Origin: Paraphysomonas bandaiensis
Taxonomy: Eukaryota > Protista > Chrysophyceae
DNA length: 64,000 nt
Direction: 5' to 3'
NCBI GenBank assembly: GCA_965644295.1
Contig: CBFFRP010000152.1
Location: 62,001-126,000 of the forward strand
The notes below the pieces were generated by a model that saw only the letters and a list, made by a program, of their open reading frames with translations, was not told the DNA's origin and did not search any database. Made by a program: the position numbers and the translations under genes. Position 1 is the stretch's first letter; every line of letters begins with the position of its first letter. Shown one piece after another: positions 50,508 through 63,900 of the stretch.

Positions 50508-51259
50508 TGCCCCATTCTGAGCGCGTACTTAGTAGATTCGGATGGGGGCCGGGTGGGTACCTAACAAATGCTTGATTTAAGCAGGGCTGCGTACCAATTA
50601 ATTGCCAATTAATTGACGCAGGCTGTAGTCAATTTTAATTGCAATTATTACTTGCTGTCTCAATTTCAATTATTGCAATTAATTGCAATTATATAACACT
50701 AAACTACATTAGCTGCCAATATAGCTACCTCAACTGTCTTTTCATTCCAGAGGCGACGGTTCATGCGTAAAAACATCAGTAACTCCAAATGCCGAGGAGT
50801 CATACTCTTGCGCAAATCCGTCATAACAATCTTAGCTCTACTGAACAACCTTTCATAATTCTCTATCTACAGGAAGCTACAGGCGCCATTTAAGAAAACT
50901 TCTTATTACACGCTCTCCCTAGGTCCACATGACCATACACACCTCACGGTGAACATACTACAATAACACACAGTTGCCCCATATTGACAGCGTAACTAAT
51001 TACTGCGTGCGGCCCCCCAGTGGGTGCTGCCGAGTGCTGCGACCGCGCACTTCTATCTATGTACACATTGCTTAGTTCAGCAGTTCCCCACTCTGGGTTC
51101 TCACTGCATATTCAGCGCTGAATACCGTGTGATAATGATGTAGCTAGTTGGGTTAGGTAGGGAGCTATCAAATAACGTATGGGACTTAAATCAAGTATTA
51201 GTTAGGTACCCACCCGACCCCCATCCGAATCTACCTAAGTACGCGCTCAGAATGGGGCA
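50508..51259. mobile_element. Non-autonomous element with ~75-bp terminal inverted repeats (MITE-like)
   Basis: TGCCCCATTCTGAGCGCGTACTTAG...TTGATTTAAG at left is inverted at 51185-51259; related partial copy at 57899-58035; no clear TSD. Confidence 0.8.
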
Positions 51260-54112
51260 ATTCTTTATTTTCGCAGTGTATATCCCTCAATCTGTCCAGC
51301 ACTGAAATAACTACCAGCAACTCTTTCGGCCCTGTTGTATGTGTAAACTTTTTGATCTTTGCCAGCTTGTTCTCCTAATTCCAATCGAGACCTCATTGGG
51401 CCGAGTTTTCAGGCTGTGGTACTCCGCTGTAGTCTTTTCAAGAGTATATTTCCCAACCCACCCACCAGTATTTGCAACATATGACTGGGCAAAACTTCCT
51501 TATCGGGGCCATCATCAGGAAATAACGCCTTGATCACTATGTATTGGTTTGCTATCTGTAATACGTCTGCGTCATGTTTATAAGCCTCTCCTAATATAGA
51601 GTATTGTATCTATTCACTTTACTTTACACGTTTTAACGTAATTTAATTTATTCTTACCTCGCGGTTTGCTTGGCTTAGAAGGCAGTTTCACCGGGTTGGT
51701 GTTCTGGACAGTGTATTCTCGGTTTGGTATATTTTATGGTATAAATGTTAAGATTACGAAGCTACTTGACGGTCATGTGGTATACCCCTAAATATGCAGG
51801 TTTATCACGCCTTCTAAGCTTAGAACAATGTAAATTTGGACATTAAACAGTAGTCATGAAATTATTTACTATAGCCAAGTCCTAGAGGAAAAAACGTTAT
51901 AGAGAATTATATATTGCATGATTCTTACCATCGACTCTGAGCCCTGTCATTATTAATGCCCCTACTAGCCCCCCAATTAATCCTACAGCTACTGATATGG
52001 CTGTAGTAGAAGCACGGATAATTTATGCTCATTATATATTTAATAGAACTAGCGCAAAACCATATTAAGTAGTAGTTTATCAAAGTCTGATTGAAACAGT
52101 GTCAGGTGTTAGGAGAATCAACGAAAACCGGAAAGACAATTATTTGTGTGTGCCTAAAAAGAGAGAGAAGAGAGTAATAGTTTTTTTTCGAGCTTACCAC
52201 GACCTCATCACCACTACAGATCATGATTCACTTTCCTATTCAGTGTAATTCTATTAGTTTGTTAATATGTGGTTCAAAATGATACACAATCACAAACACT
52301 TACAGTTTTTGTATAGTATGACTATATATACTTCATTATCAGATAGATGCCACATACAATAAAACGGACGAAAAAATGATTTAGATGACGATGTAGGTGA
52401 TTTTAATATCATATGACCAATGATGCAGAGATTATCTATATCATCGTCCAGAAACTCTTCAATCTATTAACAAACCGACAGTCACAGACAGTTTACTCAA
52501 ACATGTGAAGATTTTATTAATAAGATACAAGCAAAGGTCGATTCTATTAAAAATTTTCACTTTTCACCCCAAGATATCTGTGGCAAAAGGATCCTTGAAT
52601 GGAGAGAGAGTTACGGAAAATGTGGAGTATTTACAGTACTCTCATTGAAGGAATAGCTACAGATTGGGAGGTATTTGTAAAGGAGGTTATGTTGCAATAC
52701 AACGTTTAGAGGGTTTACAAGCATTGAACACTCATTATTGTCGCAATTATTGAAACGATAAGTTGAACAATTCTTTACAAGGTATTGAATCATTGGATGT
52801 GTTAGTTCAAATAAAAGCTAACTGCATGAAATTAGTTAATGCAAAAATATACGGTTCACAAGAATAACTTCATGTATTCCTAATAAATTTATGTGATGAT
52901 TCCTAATGAAGAGTATCAATTAAATCTCAAGGGTATTTTTTCCCGGAGTGTTACTAAGACCTGATCAATCAATCTGTGGTAGTGAAACACTGTACGGCCA
53001 ACTGTACGGCCAACTGAATTTAATCAATCGACATGGGATGCCGTTCGGAAGACAGGAAAAACTGAGAACAAGCTTGCTCTTTTTTTAAATTTCATTGGAC
53101 TAGGTAAACGTTTTCATGATGTTTTTCCAGATGATGCAAGATACAAGATTGAAGTATGTACACAACAACTAAGGTATGTAAAAATTCATGAAAACAGTAT
53201 ACAGTATACCATGTGACGAAGATCAAATGAAGATGGGTTTATTCACGAGCGACGTGTTTTCAGAAGCTGCCAGAGTATTGAAATTGAAATGGAGTGATAT
53301 ATTTGATGATTCACTAAGGCTAGTTAGTATCTAGTTCTAATAATTAGCTGTGGTGGTGTACCCCTAAAGGGTATACCGGCTTATTATAATTCAACAGTGT
53401 GTTTTAACAACACAATTTGAAAGTATATTACTACATTATGGAGAAACAAACATAAACGCAGCATTATACAATATTTTTGATGACTTATATACACAATGCT
53501 ATCAACAATGTTTGCATAATAATATTGACTCATCGTTGCGACCATACGATTATATATATAAAAAATCCATAACCAAAATATGCGGAAGACGGAGGAATAA
53601 ACCATAATGTTGTGGTGGTACTTGTTGTTGAAACGGAACGCACAACAATCATGCATTTAGTCGGCATTGTGAAACTGTTCCAAGAACGCACATGCATCTA
53701 AATATGCTGATGCAACAAATGGTGTCCCCCACACATCATTATTCTCATAATAATGCCTGGCTTCAATGGGGTCGTCCAGGTCCAATTCATCGCAAACTGC
53801 ATTTCTGTCTTTCAAAGTCTCAGCAGAATGGCTCGCAATACTGTCGGACGAAGGCTGGTTTATTTGTACACAATGTAGATATGATGCGGTACTGTTGAAA
53901 TATCTGATGCTTGCTTTCCATCTCTTGCGATAATGAAAGAGATTTGCATGGAACCACTGCTCTAGTCCTGAATGTTTGACATCACACAACGAATGTGATT
54001 ATCCATCCTTCATCTTCTTCAATATTCTTCCAGATTTTTACATGCTATTTTGGGGTGGGTGTGTACCTTATCTACAGGATGTTCCATATGAACTACATCT
54101 ACAACCCACCGC
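51260..54112. repeat. Long direct repeat, copy 2
   Basis: See 43269-45578; carries ~0.8 kb (~52970-53780) absent from copy 1. Confidence 0.95.
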
Positions 54113-54879
54113 TAACGTATATTCCCTATACAATGGTAAAAACTCCTACTTTTAGAGAAATAAGTGGGTATAATACACCATATCCTCCATCTTTTTATAT
54201 CCTACGAATATACAACTCTACACTACGAGTCGTGGTAATTAGCGTACGGTAAAGTCATGAAAATAGATGATTTTATATCTATTTTTCAGAAATAGATAAC
54301 TTTTTCAATATTCGATGATAAATACTGTGCTTTTAACATAATAAAGCCCACATTATGAGCTACATTTCGCTATAATGGACTTTGTGCTGAAAATGTATGA
54401 GTGACGAGATATGAGCAAATGAGGTCAGATAATCCTATGAAAAAACACGTAAGAAAAAATTTCTGTCAACTTTAAATTCACACATTAATTCACACAATCA
54501 CATTTACACAAATCCGTTCCGACAATTTGAAGATAATTTTGTGCTCTATCCAGGGTTGGTATTAACTCTTCTGGGGATGGTCTATGACTGGTGGTAAAAA
54601 ATGACCCCTCTATGGACACCAGCGACACTCGAAATAAATTTGATACCCCAGAGCCTGTAAGTCAAACCAGGAAGTGCGGTAGATCACCAGGCTTGATAAG
54701 TGATACCAAAAGAATGAAACAAGATCACTATATATGAGCTTGAGAGGCAAATAGTGACCTGGTATTTCTGAAATGCCGACTGAAACTCCCCCTCCCAGAC
54801 CATCAGGTAAACGCGCTCAATAGATTTTACCTGCGTCTCTAACGGTAGATCAATTAGAACTTGCTTGTCCGGCTGCTTG

Positions 54880-55330
54880 AAAACATAATGCACCTCTTTC
54901 CGCTGCATTCATATCGATTAATTTGGCATCTGCGTCATGCGTAGTAACAGACACGGTGATGGTATGATTGTGAGTCGGAAGACGCCAAGAATACGAACAA
55001 GCGCCGTATTCATCTGAAGCGTCGTATGGAATATGATGAGCTAATGAACGAAAGGAAGGCTGAAATACATGTATGGGAGGCTGGTGGGAAGATTGGATCT
55101 AAACCAAGAGAACATTTATATGTTTACCTTGACGAATCTTATGTAAATAGAAATTATTGCATTGGTTTCACATGGCACGTCTTTGTTGATGACTACGGTA
55201 GAACAGTAAATATAAGTAAAGGAAAGGAGAATGACTTGTTCTCCTCACGGCTATAACAAATGAGTACGGTATATGCTTTGTCCAAGCGTTGTAGAAAATG
55301 ATTGGAATGAGACTCTTCTCATAATCAAGG
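54880..55330 (+). pseudogene. IS630/Tc1-mariner-like DDE transposase relic
   Basis: VYLDESYVNRNY...W...SKGK then frameshifted/stop-interrupted LVLLTAITNEYG, typical of the first catalytic Asp region. Confidence 0.7.
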
Positions 55331-55629
55331 CTCGTAAGGCAGCAGGAGATTATCACCAAAACATGAACAGCGCAAGATTTTCATGCTAAAACTTCGAGTT
55401 TTTGGCTCGAACTTCATACACAAAAATGCATTGCAGATGTGTTCCCCATGTGCAATATGTACCAAGTATGTGTACATGTATGTTCCCACATACACCAGAG
55501 GATAGAGCATTGTATATACAGGCAGTGCGTAGCTCATGTACTCCTGCTGTCTGTATATATAGATATGATCTCATCTCATGTTACCACTCTATCAGCCTCA
55601 TATAATCTCATCATATTATCAGTGTTGAC

Positions 55630-56015
55630 ATGTCGAATATATCTGATCTTAATGATGATGTGCTGCGTCTCATCATCTCTATGATCCCACACACAGCTCT
55701 CCTTCCTGTGATCATGACTTGTAAGAACGATATAGTATACACTGATAAGAGAAGAGATGACGTAAGAGATAGCGTGAGAGATGAGATGAGAATGAGACTT
55801 GAGTCACATGCATCTACCTCACTATTGTATGATCCCACTATAATTTGTGGTCATATTCTGTCCACTAGTAAGAGCATTTTCAGATTATTTTTTTCAAAAT
55901 GCATATAAAAAATCCATACTCTGGAGATAACGCGATTATAAGAAACACTGGCCCTTCATATATCTGTAGCTAGATATGGTAAACACCTGATCATATTTCT
56001 CCATGTCTGGCTAAC
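55630..56015 (+). pseudogene. F-box-like N-terminus relic
   Basis: ISDLNDDVLRLIISMIPHTALLPVIMTCK resembles the F-box consensus; ORF degenerates downstream. Confidence 0.45.
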
Positions 56016-57853
56016 TTGAATCTGTCTATTGGGGCTGGAAACAATAATAGATATGTACGTTATCATTATTGCAATACATGTACTAACCACAGCAGCCCAG
56101 AGCTATTTGGGCTCTTAGGTACACCTGATATTGCCGCTCGGGTGTATGTGGTGAATGAGGTGGCGTATCTTGCATGCTTTACTGCAGGATTGCTGATAGT
56201 TAACGTCAGTGATTCGACCAGCCCATCGCTATTGGGTTCTTATGTTACACCTGATATTGCCCGTGCGGTATATGTGGTGAATGAGGTGGCGTATGTTGCC
56301 GATCGTTATTCAGGATTGCAGCTTATTGACGTGAGTGATTCGACCAGTCCGTTGCTATTGGGTTCTTACGATACACCTGATAATGCCCTTGGGGTGTATG
56401 TGGTGAATGAGGTGGCGTATGTTGCCGATTATACTTCAGGATTGCAGATTATTGACGTGAGTGATTCGACCAGCCCATTTCTATTAGGTTCTTACGTTAC
56501 ACCTGATTATGCAATTGGGGGAATATATGTGGTGAATGAGGTGGCGTATGTTGCCTGTTATACTGCAGGATTGCTGATTATTGACGTGAGTGATTCGACC
56601 AGTCCAATTCTATTGGGTTCATACGATACACCAGGTTATGCCTATGGGGTGTATGTGGTGAATGAGGTGGCGTATGTTGGCGATCATTCTTCAGGATTGC
56701 AGCTTATTGACGTGAGTGATTCGACCAGTCCGTTGCTATTGGGTTCTTACGATACACCTGGTATTGCCTATCGGGTGTATGTGGTGAATGAGGTGGCGTA
56801 TGTTGCCGATTTTGATGCAGGATTGCAGCTTATTGACGTGAGTGATTCGACCAGTCCGTTGCTATTGGGTTCTTACAATACACCTGATAGTGCCATTGGG
56901 GTGTATGTGGTGAATTGGGTGGCGTATGTTGCCTGTAAAACTGCAGGATTGCAGATTATTAACGTTTTACCAAATCCTACAACACAGCCGACCACGTTAA
57001 TTCCATCTTCCATTCCCACATCGATTCCCACTTTGCTGCCGACCACGTCAATACCCTCTTCAATTCCCTCATCGAGTTCCACAACTTCAATTCCCTCAGC
57101 CAGTTCCACAACTCAACCAACCACTTGTGTTCCTACTTCGCAGTCTACGCTATTTGGCTACAGGGCGCCATCGTATTCTACCCCTCATCCCAGAGTCATT
57201 TCAGGCTATTGTCCCAATGGGTGCAGTGGTCATGGTTCTTGTGGAACCTTTGGTAAGTGCACATGCTATGCCAGAATAGATGGTGAGCCTGCATGGACCT
57301 TTGCTGACTGTTCTGGTCGCACATGCCCCAAGTCTACAGCTTGGATTGGCACTGTCGAGGGGGCAAATGATGCCCACCCCGTGGCTGAATGCTCTAATAA
57401 GGGTATTTGTGATCGATCCACTGGTGAGTGCGTTTGTTTTGAGAACTACGAGGGTGTTGCCTGCGAGAGAACCGTTTGTCCTAACTCTTGCAGCAATGCT
57501 GGTGTTTGTTTCACTCAGCTTCAACTGGCTGCTGAGGTTGGAAGGCTTTACACCACTCCTTGGGATGCTGAGAAGCACGTCGGATGCATTTGCGATCTCG
57601 GTCGTCGTGGACCGGATTGTTCACTTGGTAAGTACTGTATAATTATATATTATGTGGTTGTGATTTATAGTGTATTTTTAATTTATTGTGCGCAGTGGAG
57701 TGCCCATCTGGAGCAGATATTCTGAAGGGATATGGTAGCGAAGCTGGTCGTGATTGCTCTGGTCGTGGTCTCTGCGACTATATGGATGGCACATGTACTT
57801 GCTTCCACGGTTACTATGGCACCAGATGTGAATATCAAACCATTCTTGGTTAA
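56016..57853 (+). CDS. LVIVD-repeat beta-propeller + P/T/S linker + Sig3/Ocm3-like EGF-rich mastigoneme domain
   Basis: ~7 x 42-aa repeats ([38 protein letters not shown]), then CPNGCSGHG...[16 protein letters not shown]...PWDAEK; intron 57628-57695; last exon ends CEYQTILG*; start uncertain. Confidence 0.8.
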
Positions 57854-57898
57854 TCGATATCATTTACATATTCATTAGATTTATACGACATTTGCATT

Positions 57899-58085
57899 TG
57901 CTCCATTCTGAGCGCGTACTTAGGTAGAGCCGGGTTGGGGCTGGATGCGTACCTAACTAATATTTGATGAAGTCCCATCTGTTATTTGCTAGCTACCTAC
58001 TACTGAACCCAACTAGCTACATCATTATCACACGGCAGCAGGCTTTTAACGCCTATTACTAAATAAAGGACTTTCAATATTCAAT
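57899..58085. mobile_element. Partial MITE end (57899-58035) abutting a LINE-like 3' terminus (58043-58085)
   Basis: Homologous to reverse complement of 51125-51259, then TTTTAACGCCTATTACTAAATAAAGGACTTTCAATA as in 8843-8880. Confidence 0.7.
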
Positions 58086-58531
58086 ATATATGCACTACAC
58101 GAGGCCTCAGATTACTGATGTGTGACTATATAAGATATAGGAGTGACAAATGTTTTACCAGTTGTTACACAAATATGTAGTGAAGTGTTCAGATTAATAA
58201 TCATAATTTCTTTCTTGAGAGTCCATTGTGTTCAACCAAGCAATGTCAAGGTTTACGTGTAGAGAAAAAGTTAACTTCAGTGAAATGTCCAATTCTAACA
58301 GAGTTTAGCACACACACATTCTTGTTAGGCCTATTATTGTGACACAGTACAACCGCTAGTACCATATTATTAATTTATACGATAGCATATTATTTCCTAC
58401 TTTTCGCGAAGTCAAAGGAAAAATCATAACAGCTATATTATTACTGTGCTTTCTTGTGATGTAACGTCGTATTCGTGATAACAACATGTGTACCTCATTG
58501 CACTGACGTTAACTGAACTGTATCGATCACT

Positions 58532-59960
58532 TTAGTAAAAAGGCGAATTGCTTGTAAACGCATTAATCATCGATAAAGCAGCCTCAGGCTGATCCATTGG
58601 CACCATATGGCCGGCCTCCTTCACCTGGAGAAAAGTAAGGGAGCCTCCAGCGCCACTGGTACTGCTAGCGCTGCGCGCCCATCCCCCAAGCTGAGTACGG
58701 GCCTCGTCGTAAAACCACTCGTGATCACCTTCGGCATGGAAAGCCTCACGTCCGTCCCAGGCAATTGCGAGAGTCCACGCCTTGTTTCCCATCCAGTTGC
58801 AGATAAAATCGGTGTCTCCAGCATATATGAGAACACGAACGCCACCTTCAACCATTGGCGCTATAGTACCTTGAAAGTTTTTCATCCAATCGTAGGGAGC
58901 GATGGCAAGATCCACAGCGGTATTACACGAGACCCACTCCTTCACCTTGTCTGACACATGAAGAGCATCACGGGTAGACTCCAGATTAAGAAAGACGTCT
59001 AGGTTAGAGAAATCATAGCAGAGGTCGCTTTCCCCGCATGGTTTGCGGATGTCGTAAGGATTCAGCCCGGTACGGTAATAGGGCGTAGTTTCAACGAGAT
59101 TACAGTAGTCATCCGCAGGTAGACAAAGAGAGGTGTTTCCCTGGCATGCGGCAATCAGCTTCTGGCAGAAAGGCAGTCGGTCAACCATGTTTTCGTAGGT
59201 CTCTTCAGACACACATTTTATATCATAGGTGTTATTCATAGCCATCTGTGGATAGTAGCCATACTGGATCAGTGGATCCGTAAGGCCGTTGCCAACCCCT
59301 ACTCCTTTGAGATTGATCTTGACAGTGCCCTCTAAAGCGGCCTGATTGCCCTCAAAAATTCGAGAGGATATTGCTGGTGCGTAGTGGCCTCCGTAGCTTT
59401 CACCGAATACAAAAAACTCGTTTTCTGCGTACTGGGGATTGGAAATAAAGAATTCCTGAAGAAAATTGTACATATCCTGCGCATAAAACATAACTATTAA
59501 ATAAATAACATAACCACAACAATGAACGAACCTCAGCAATCTCTGTCTCATTGTGGTCGAGATCTTTAATGGGTGCACCATACGAATATCCGACATGAGC
59601 TGGCTGGTCAACCCACATAACATTCGCATTATTATTCCATGAATAGGGATTATTAATGGTAGATAGGCCATCTTCAGAGACTGTACAGGGACCATTCTCA
59701 GTGAGAAGACCGAGCTGTGAAGAGCAGCCTGGACCCCCATTGAGCCACATGATAAGTGGATCAGTTGATGGGGTATCACGCGATTCAAACATCCAGTAGA
59801 AATAGTTTTTATTAATGCCTGAATCAACATGATAATAACCAGACTGACTCTTAACTGTAGAGTCACAGAGACCGCCTTCGACTGGTTCACTCTTGAGGAT
59901 ACCACGTGCAAAGGACGTAGGTAAGAGTAGTAAAGAAGCGGCGGTGAGGATTGATTTCAT
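58532..59960 (-). CDS. Serine carboxypeptidase, family S10 (CPY-like), one intron ~59479-59531
   Basis: Signal peptide MKSILTAASLLLL, WLNGGPGCSS, VDQPAHVGYSY, GESYGGHY, YAGDTDFICNW, AGHMVPMDQP. Confidence 0.95.
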
Positions 59961-60016
59961 ATTGCAGATTGGAGGGTTGAATAAACTGATGGGTGTTAAT
60001 AATCTGACAATATAAC

Positions 60017-60017
<1 letters not shown>

Positions 60018-60047
<30 letters not shown>

Positions 60048-60685
60048 CATACATACATACATACATACATACATACATACATACATACATACATACATAC
60101 ATACATACATACATACATACATACATACATACATACATACATACATACATACATACATACATACATACATACATACATACATACATACATACATACATAC
60201 ATACATACATACATACATACATACATACATACATACATACATACATACATACATACATACATACATACATACATACATACATACATACATACATACATAC
60301 ATACATACATACATACATACATACATACATACATACATACATACATACATACATACATACATACATACATACATACATACATACATACATACATACATAC
60401 ATACATACATACATACATACATACATACATACATACATACATACATACACACATACATACATACATACATACATACATACATACATACATACATACATAC
60501 ATACATACATACATACATACATACATACATACATACATACATACATACATACATACATACATACATACATACATACATACATACATACATACATACATAC
60601 ATACATACATACATACATACATACATACATACATACATACATACAGTACATACATACATACAGTACATACAGTACATACATACAT
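60018..60685. repeat. (CATA)n microsatellite, ~650 bp
   Basis: Almost perfect tetranucleotide array with one CACA variant near 60449. Confidence 0.99.
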
Positions 60686-60972
60686 ATTTAATGTAATACG
60701 GAAGTTACCCACTGAAAAACCCGGATTTTGACACTATAAAAACTATTCTAATAAACCGTTGCTTGATATTCACGCCCCATACTCCTGTTGCTGTATATAC
60801 AGTACAGTAGCTGCATACATAGTGTCATCAACAAGAAATGGATCCATTTTCTTGTATCAGTAAGTCTCTATATATGTCTATATGCCCAGGAGATTTTCCT
60901 TGTGCATTAAGACAATTGATATGAAGGGTATCATAGATCTCATCAAGTAGACTGGCGTATAGTCTCATAGGC

Positions 60973-63900
60973 ATGAAATTGAGCTCAAAATCAGACGATA
61001 AAAAAAGAAAAAAGAAAAGTCGTAAAAAATCACGTGATCGTATAAAAGATATTAAATTGACTGAGCTCTATGGAAAGGGACCAACTACAGATGTATCTAG
61101 TGCGGTAGATACGGATATATGGGGTATAGAAGATTGTCGTAGAGAGCTTAAGGAAGCGTATATATTAGCAGCTAAATGCCATACTGTGAGGAGGAGATCT
61201 CTACAGAATCAATCTGCGATTGGTTCGAAGACTATGGTCGGTCAGGTTCAGAAGTGGCGACAGAGTCGGTTGAAATCTCAGCTTTCTGCGTGTCTTTCTC
61301 GCGTAGTTCCCCGATTGGGGTTCATTGAGGAGAGTATACGTTTATGGCTTGAAGCTGTGGTGATGAGAAAGTGGAGTGTTCGATATGACGCTCTGACACT
61401 GCTAAATGAGCTAGATGCTTCTATTGCCCTGCATGAATATAGGTTGGACTGCATAGATGACCGCATGGATGAGTGTAAAGAGCTTGCCGTCACGCTGAAG
61501 ACGCAGTGTAATCTCCTTGCGTCTATGATGATATTTCATGAGGTACTACACTATATTCTCGCTATATGCCTTATGCAACATCGTACTACGTTGCAGTGTG
61601 TGTTAGAAGAAGCCAGGCGAGAGGCACTAAGAGTTGCAGGCACAGACCCCACCATCGATTCCCATGATGACGATGAAGATGACGAGCCTGTATTCCAGGG
61701 ATACACCGCTCCAGCTGCTGGAATGCCTCTGTCTCCCAAGGCACTCTCCTCGAATCCGCTTGTGCATCTTTACAAGGAAGGGTACCAAGATTACAAACGG
61801 AGTCGGACTCGGTCGGAGTGTCTTGACACCGAGGGAGTGCATGCCGACATTGCTAAGAAGTTCGAAGAGTCTATCGAGCTGATTAACTGCTGCAATAACT
61901 TGCAGGACTCCATTCGCGCTAACAGGAGCAAAGAGATGGTATATTTTGATATAGAGCTTCGACTCGCGTTACTTTTTGTGACTTTTTAGGTGGCGATCGC
62001 TATCGCAACAAAGACGAAGACCACGCTTAAGGTATGCCCCGCTCATTTGTGGTGATATTTGCTAATGCGGCCATGCAGCAACTCTGTGGCTTTTCGTCGG
62101 TGGGATCTGGTGGTGGCGACGATATTGAGGGCCTTTTTCCTAAGGACGGACGAAGGTTCTACTGTACTAGTTCCAACGACTCTGGTGGTGATATCACGCG
62201 CGGGGCAGTCGGCGACGTCATGACGAACAAATCTTCCCAAAAACGCTCTCTTCGTGCTGTGAAAGATTGTATTGATCACTTGCAGGTGACCTTTATATAT
62301 TTAATACGTGTAATTGTGATATATTTTGTATAGATGTTATCATTCCAAGAAGGGAGGGCAAAGGACGCACTGGTGAAAGTCATTGAGTTGAAGAATGAGA
62401 TTGCAGAGATGGACGACGAGGTATATGATGCCGTTGTGTGCAATATTTCTATATGATGTACAACTGTGCCTTAATTAATCGTCGCTTATACAGTTGGATT
62501 TGCATGAAAGTGAAAAGCCGACATCTTCGTCCCCTCATGCTCTCGTGTATGACATTGTGTGGGGAGCCAACAGCGTCCCTGTGCCGTCAACAGACCATAG
62601 TGGGAAGTTTGTTTTTTGCCGCAACGGGTCGTGTTACAAGGAGTTTAACCCGCATCCGAAGGATGATAGTACGACTTTAGATGAAGCCACCACTTCACTG
62701 GAGATGTCAATGCAGCAACAACAGGAGACAGCTGGATTGAAAGATTTGATTTTCACACTTAAGCTGGCAGGAGTATCGTCTGACCCCGCAGACACAACTC
62801 CCCCGGTGGTCTATCTCAAGGAGTTCACGGTTGGGGAGTTGTCACCTTTGCTTGCCCAGCTCCAGGCAGGTACATTACGTGTGCACTCAATTAAAGACAG
62901 ATTTTCCTCAGATTGGTTCGGCTCACATACTGCGGTCCTGGATGCTGTGTCGTCTCTCCCCGAGTCATCGTCACGTGATAGCATTTCCAAACCTGAGCAA
63001 AGAGATTCTATCTTCGACCAAATTTCAGCCGCCCTGAGTCAGCCATTTCTACGATTTGACTCAGATATATCAGGTGTCGATGACACAACAACATCTTCAT
63101 TTCCTGTTGGTTGTGGTCTCTTGTGGGATGAAAGAGCTATGGTGAGTCCATCGTATGCAACAGTGAGTTATATTCGTGTAACTCCAACGTAGATGTCATA
63201 TGGCCTCTGTGACCCATCGGGATGCCTTATTCCTGTAGGTATTAGCGGCTGCGTCGGCGTCTTCGCTAGTAGCTCGTCCTATCAGAACATTCTCTGTGCG
63301 CTGTCGTTGCGAGACTACATAAGCACCGAGATAGGAACTCATCTCCCCGTTGTAGTACGTATCTGTGCTTGTTTCCAGCTAAGAATATGACTATTATTCT
63401 TGTAGGTATACCTGTCATCGAGTAAATCTTTCATAGGCATGAACGTACTGCAACAGCACTGTGTGGTGAGAGACTTCCTCCGTGATTGTACTCCACATCG
63501 ATGCACATGCAGTGCACCGTGCAATTACCCTGCCATTCCGCCAGATTGTCCGCCGGGTATGCGACTCACGATTGAGAACTACTACAATTTGAAAGCATCA
63601 GAGAAAGCGCGCATACATGGGGCATGGTCAACCAATTATTCCTTTCTCAAAGAATTATACCCCACATCTTTACCTTTTGAAGTGAAAGAGGTTGCCAAGC
63701 ATCTACTCTACGGCCTTTCGGAGGCCGTTGCGTCAGCTAATGTCAGGGCGGTATGTTTCACAAAATTCTAAGTATGATGAATTGATTTGTCCGCAATCAG
63801 GCGAAAGAAATTGTAGGTTCTGCTACGTTTTGTTTAATAAAGGTTTGCGCTATATATCACTGACGTAATACTTATTCTGTGGTGTGTGAACAGGCCCCTG

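Noticed and set aside
53330-53378. Helitron 3' end (hairpin GGTGTACCC-CTAAA-GGGTATACC with CTAG nearby on the minus strand)
   Set aside because: Spacing is long, CTAG is not followed by T, and no matching 5' TC end or Rep/helicase was seen
59887-60712. (MYVC)n ORFs
   Set aside because: Translation of the (CATA)n microsatellite; the real carboxypeptidase starts at 59960
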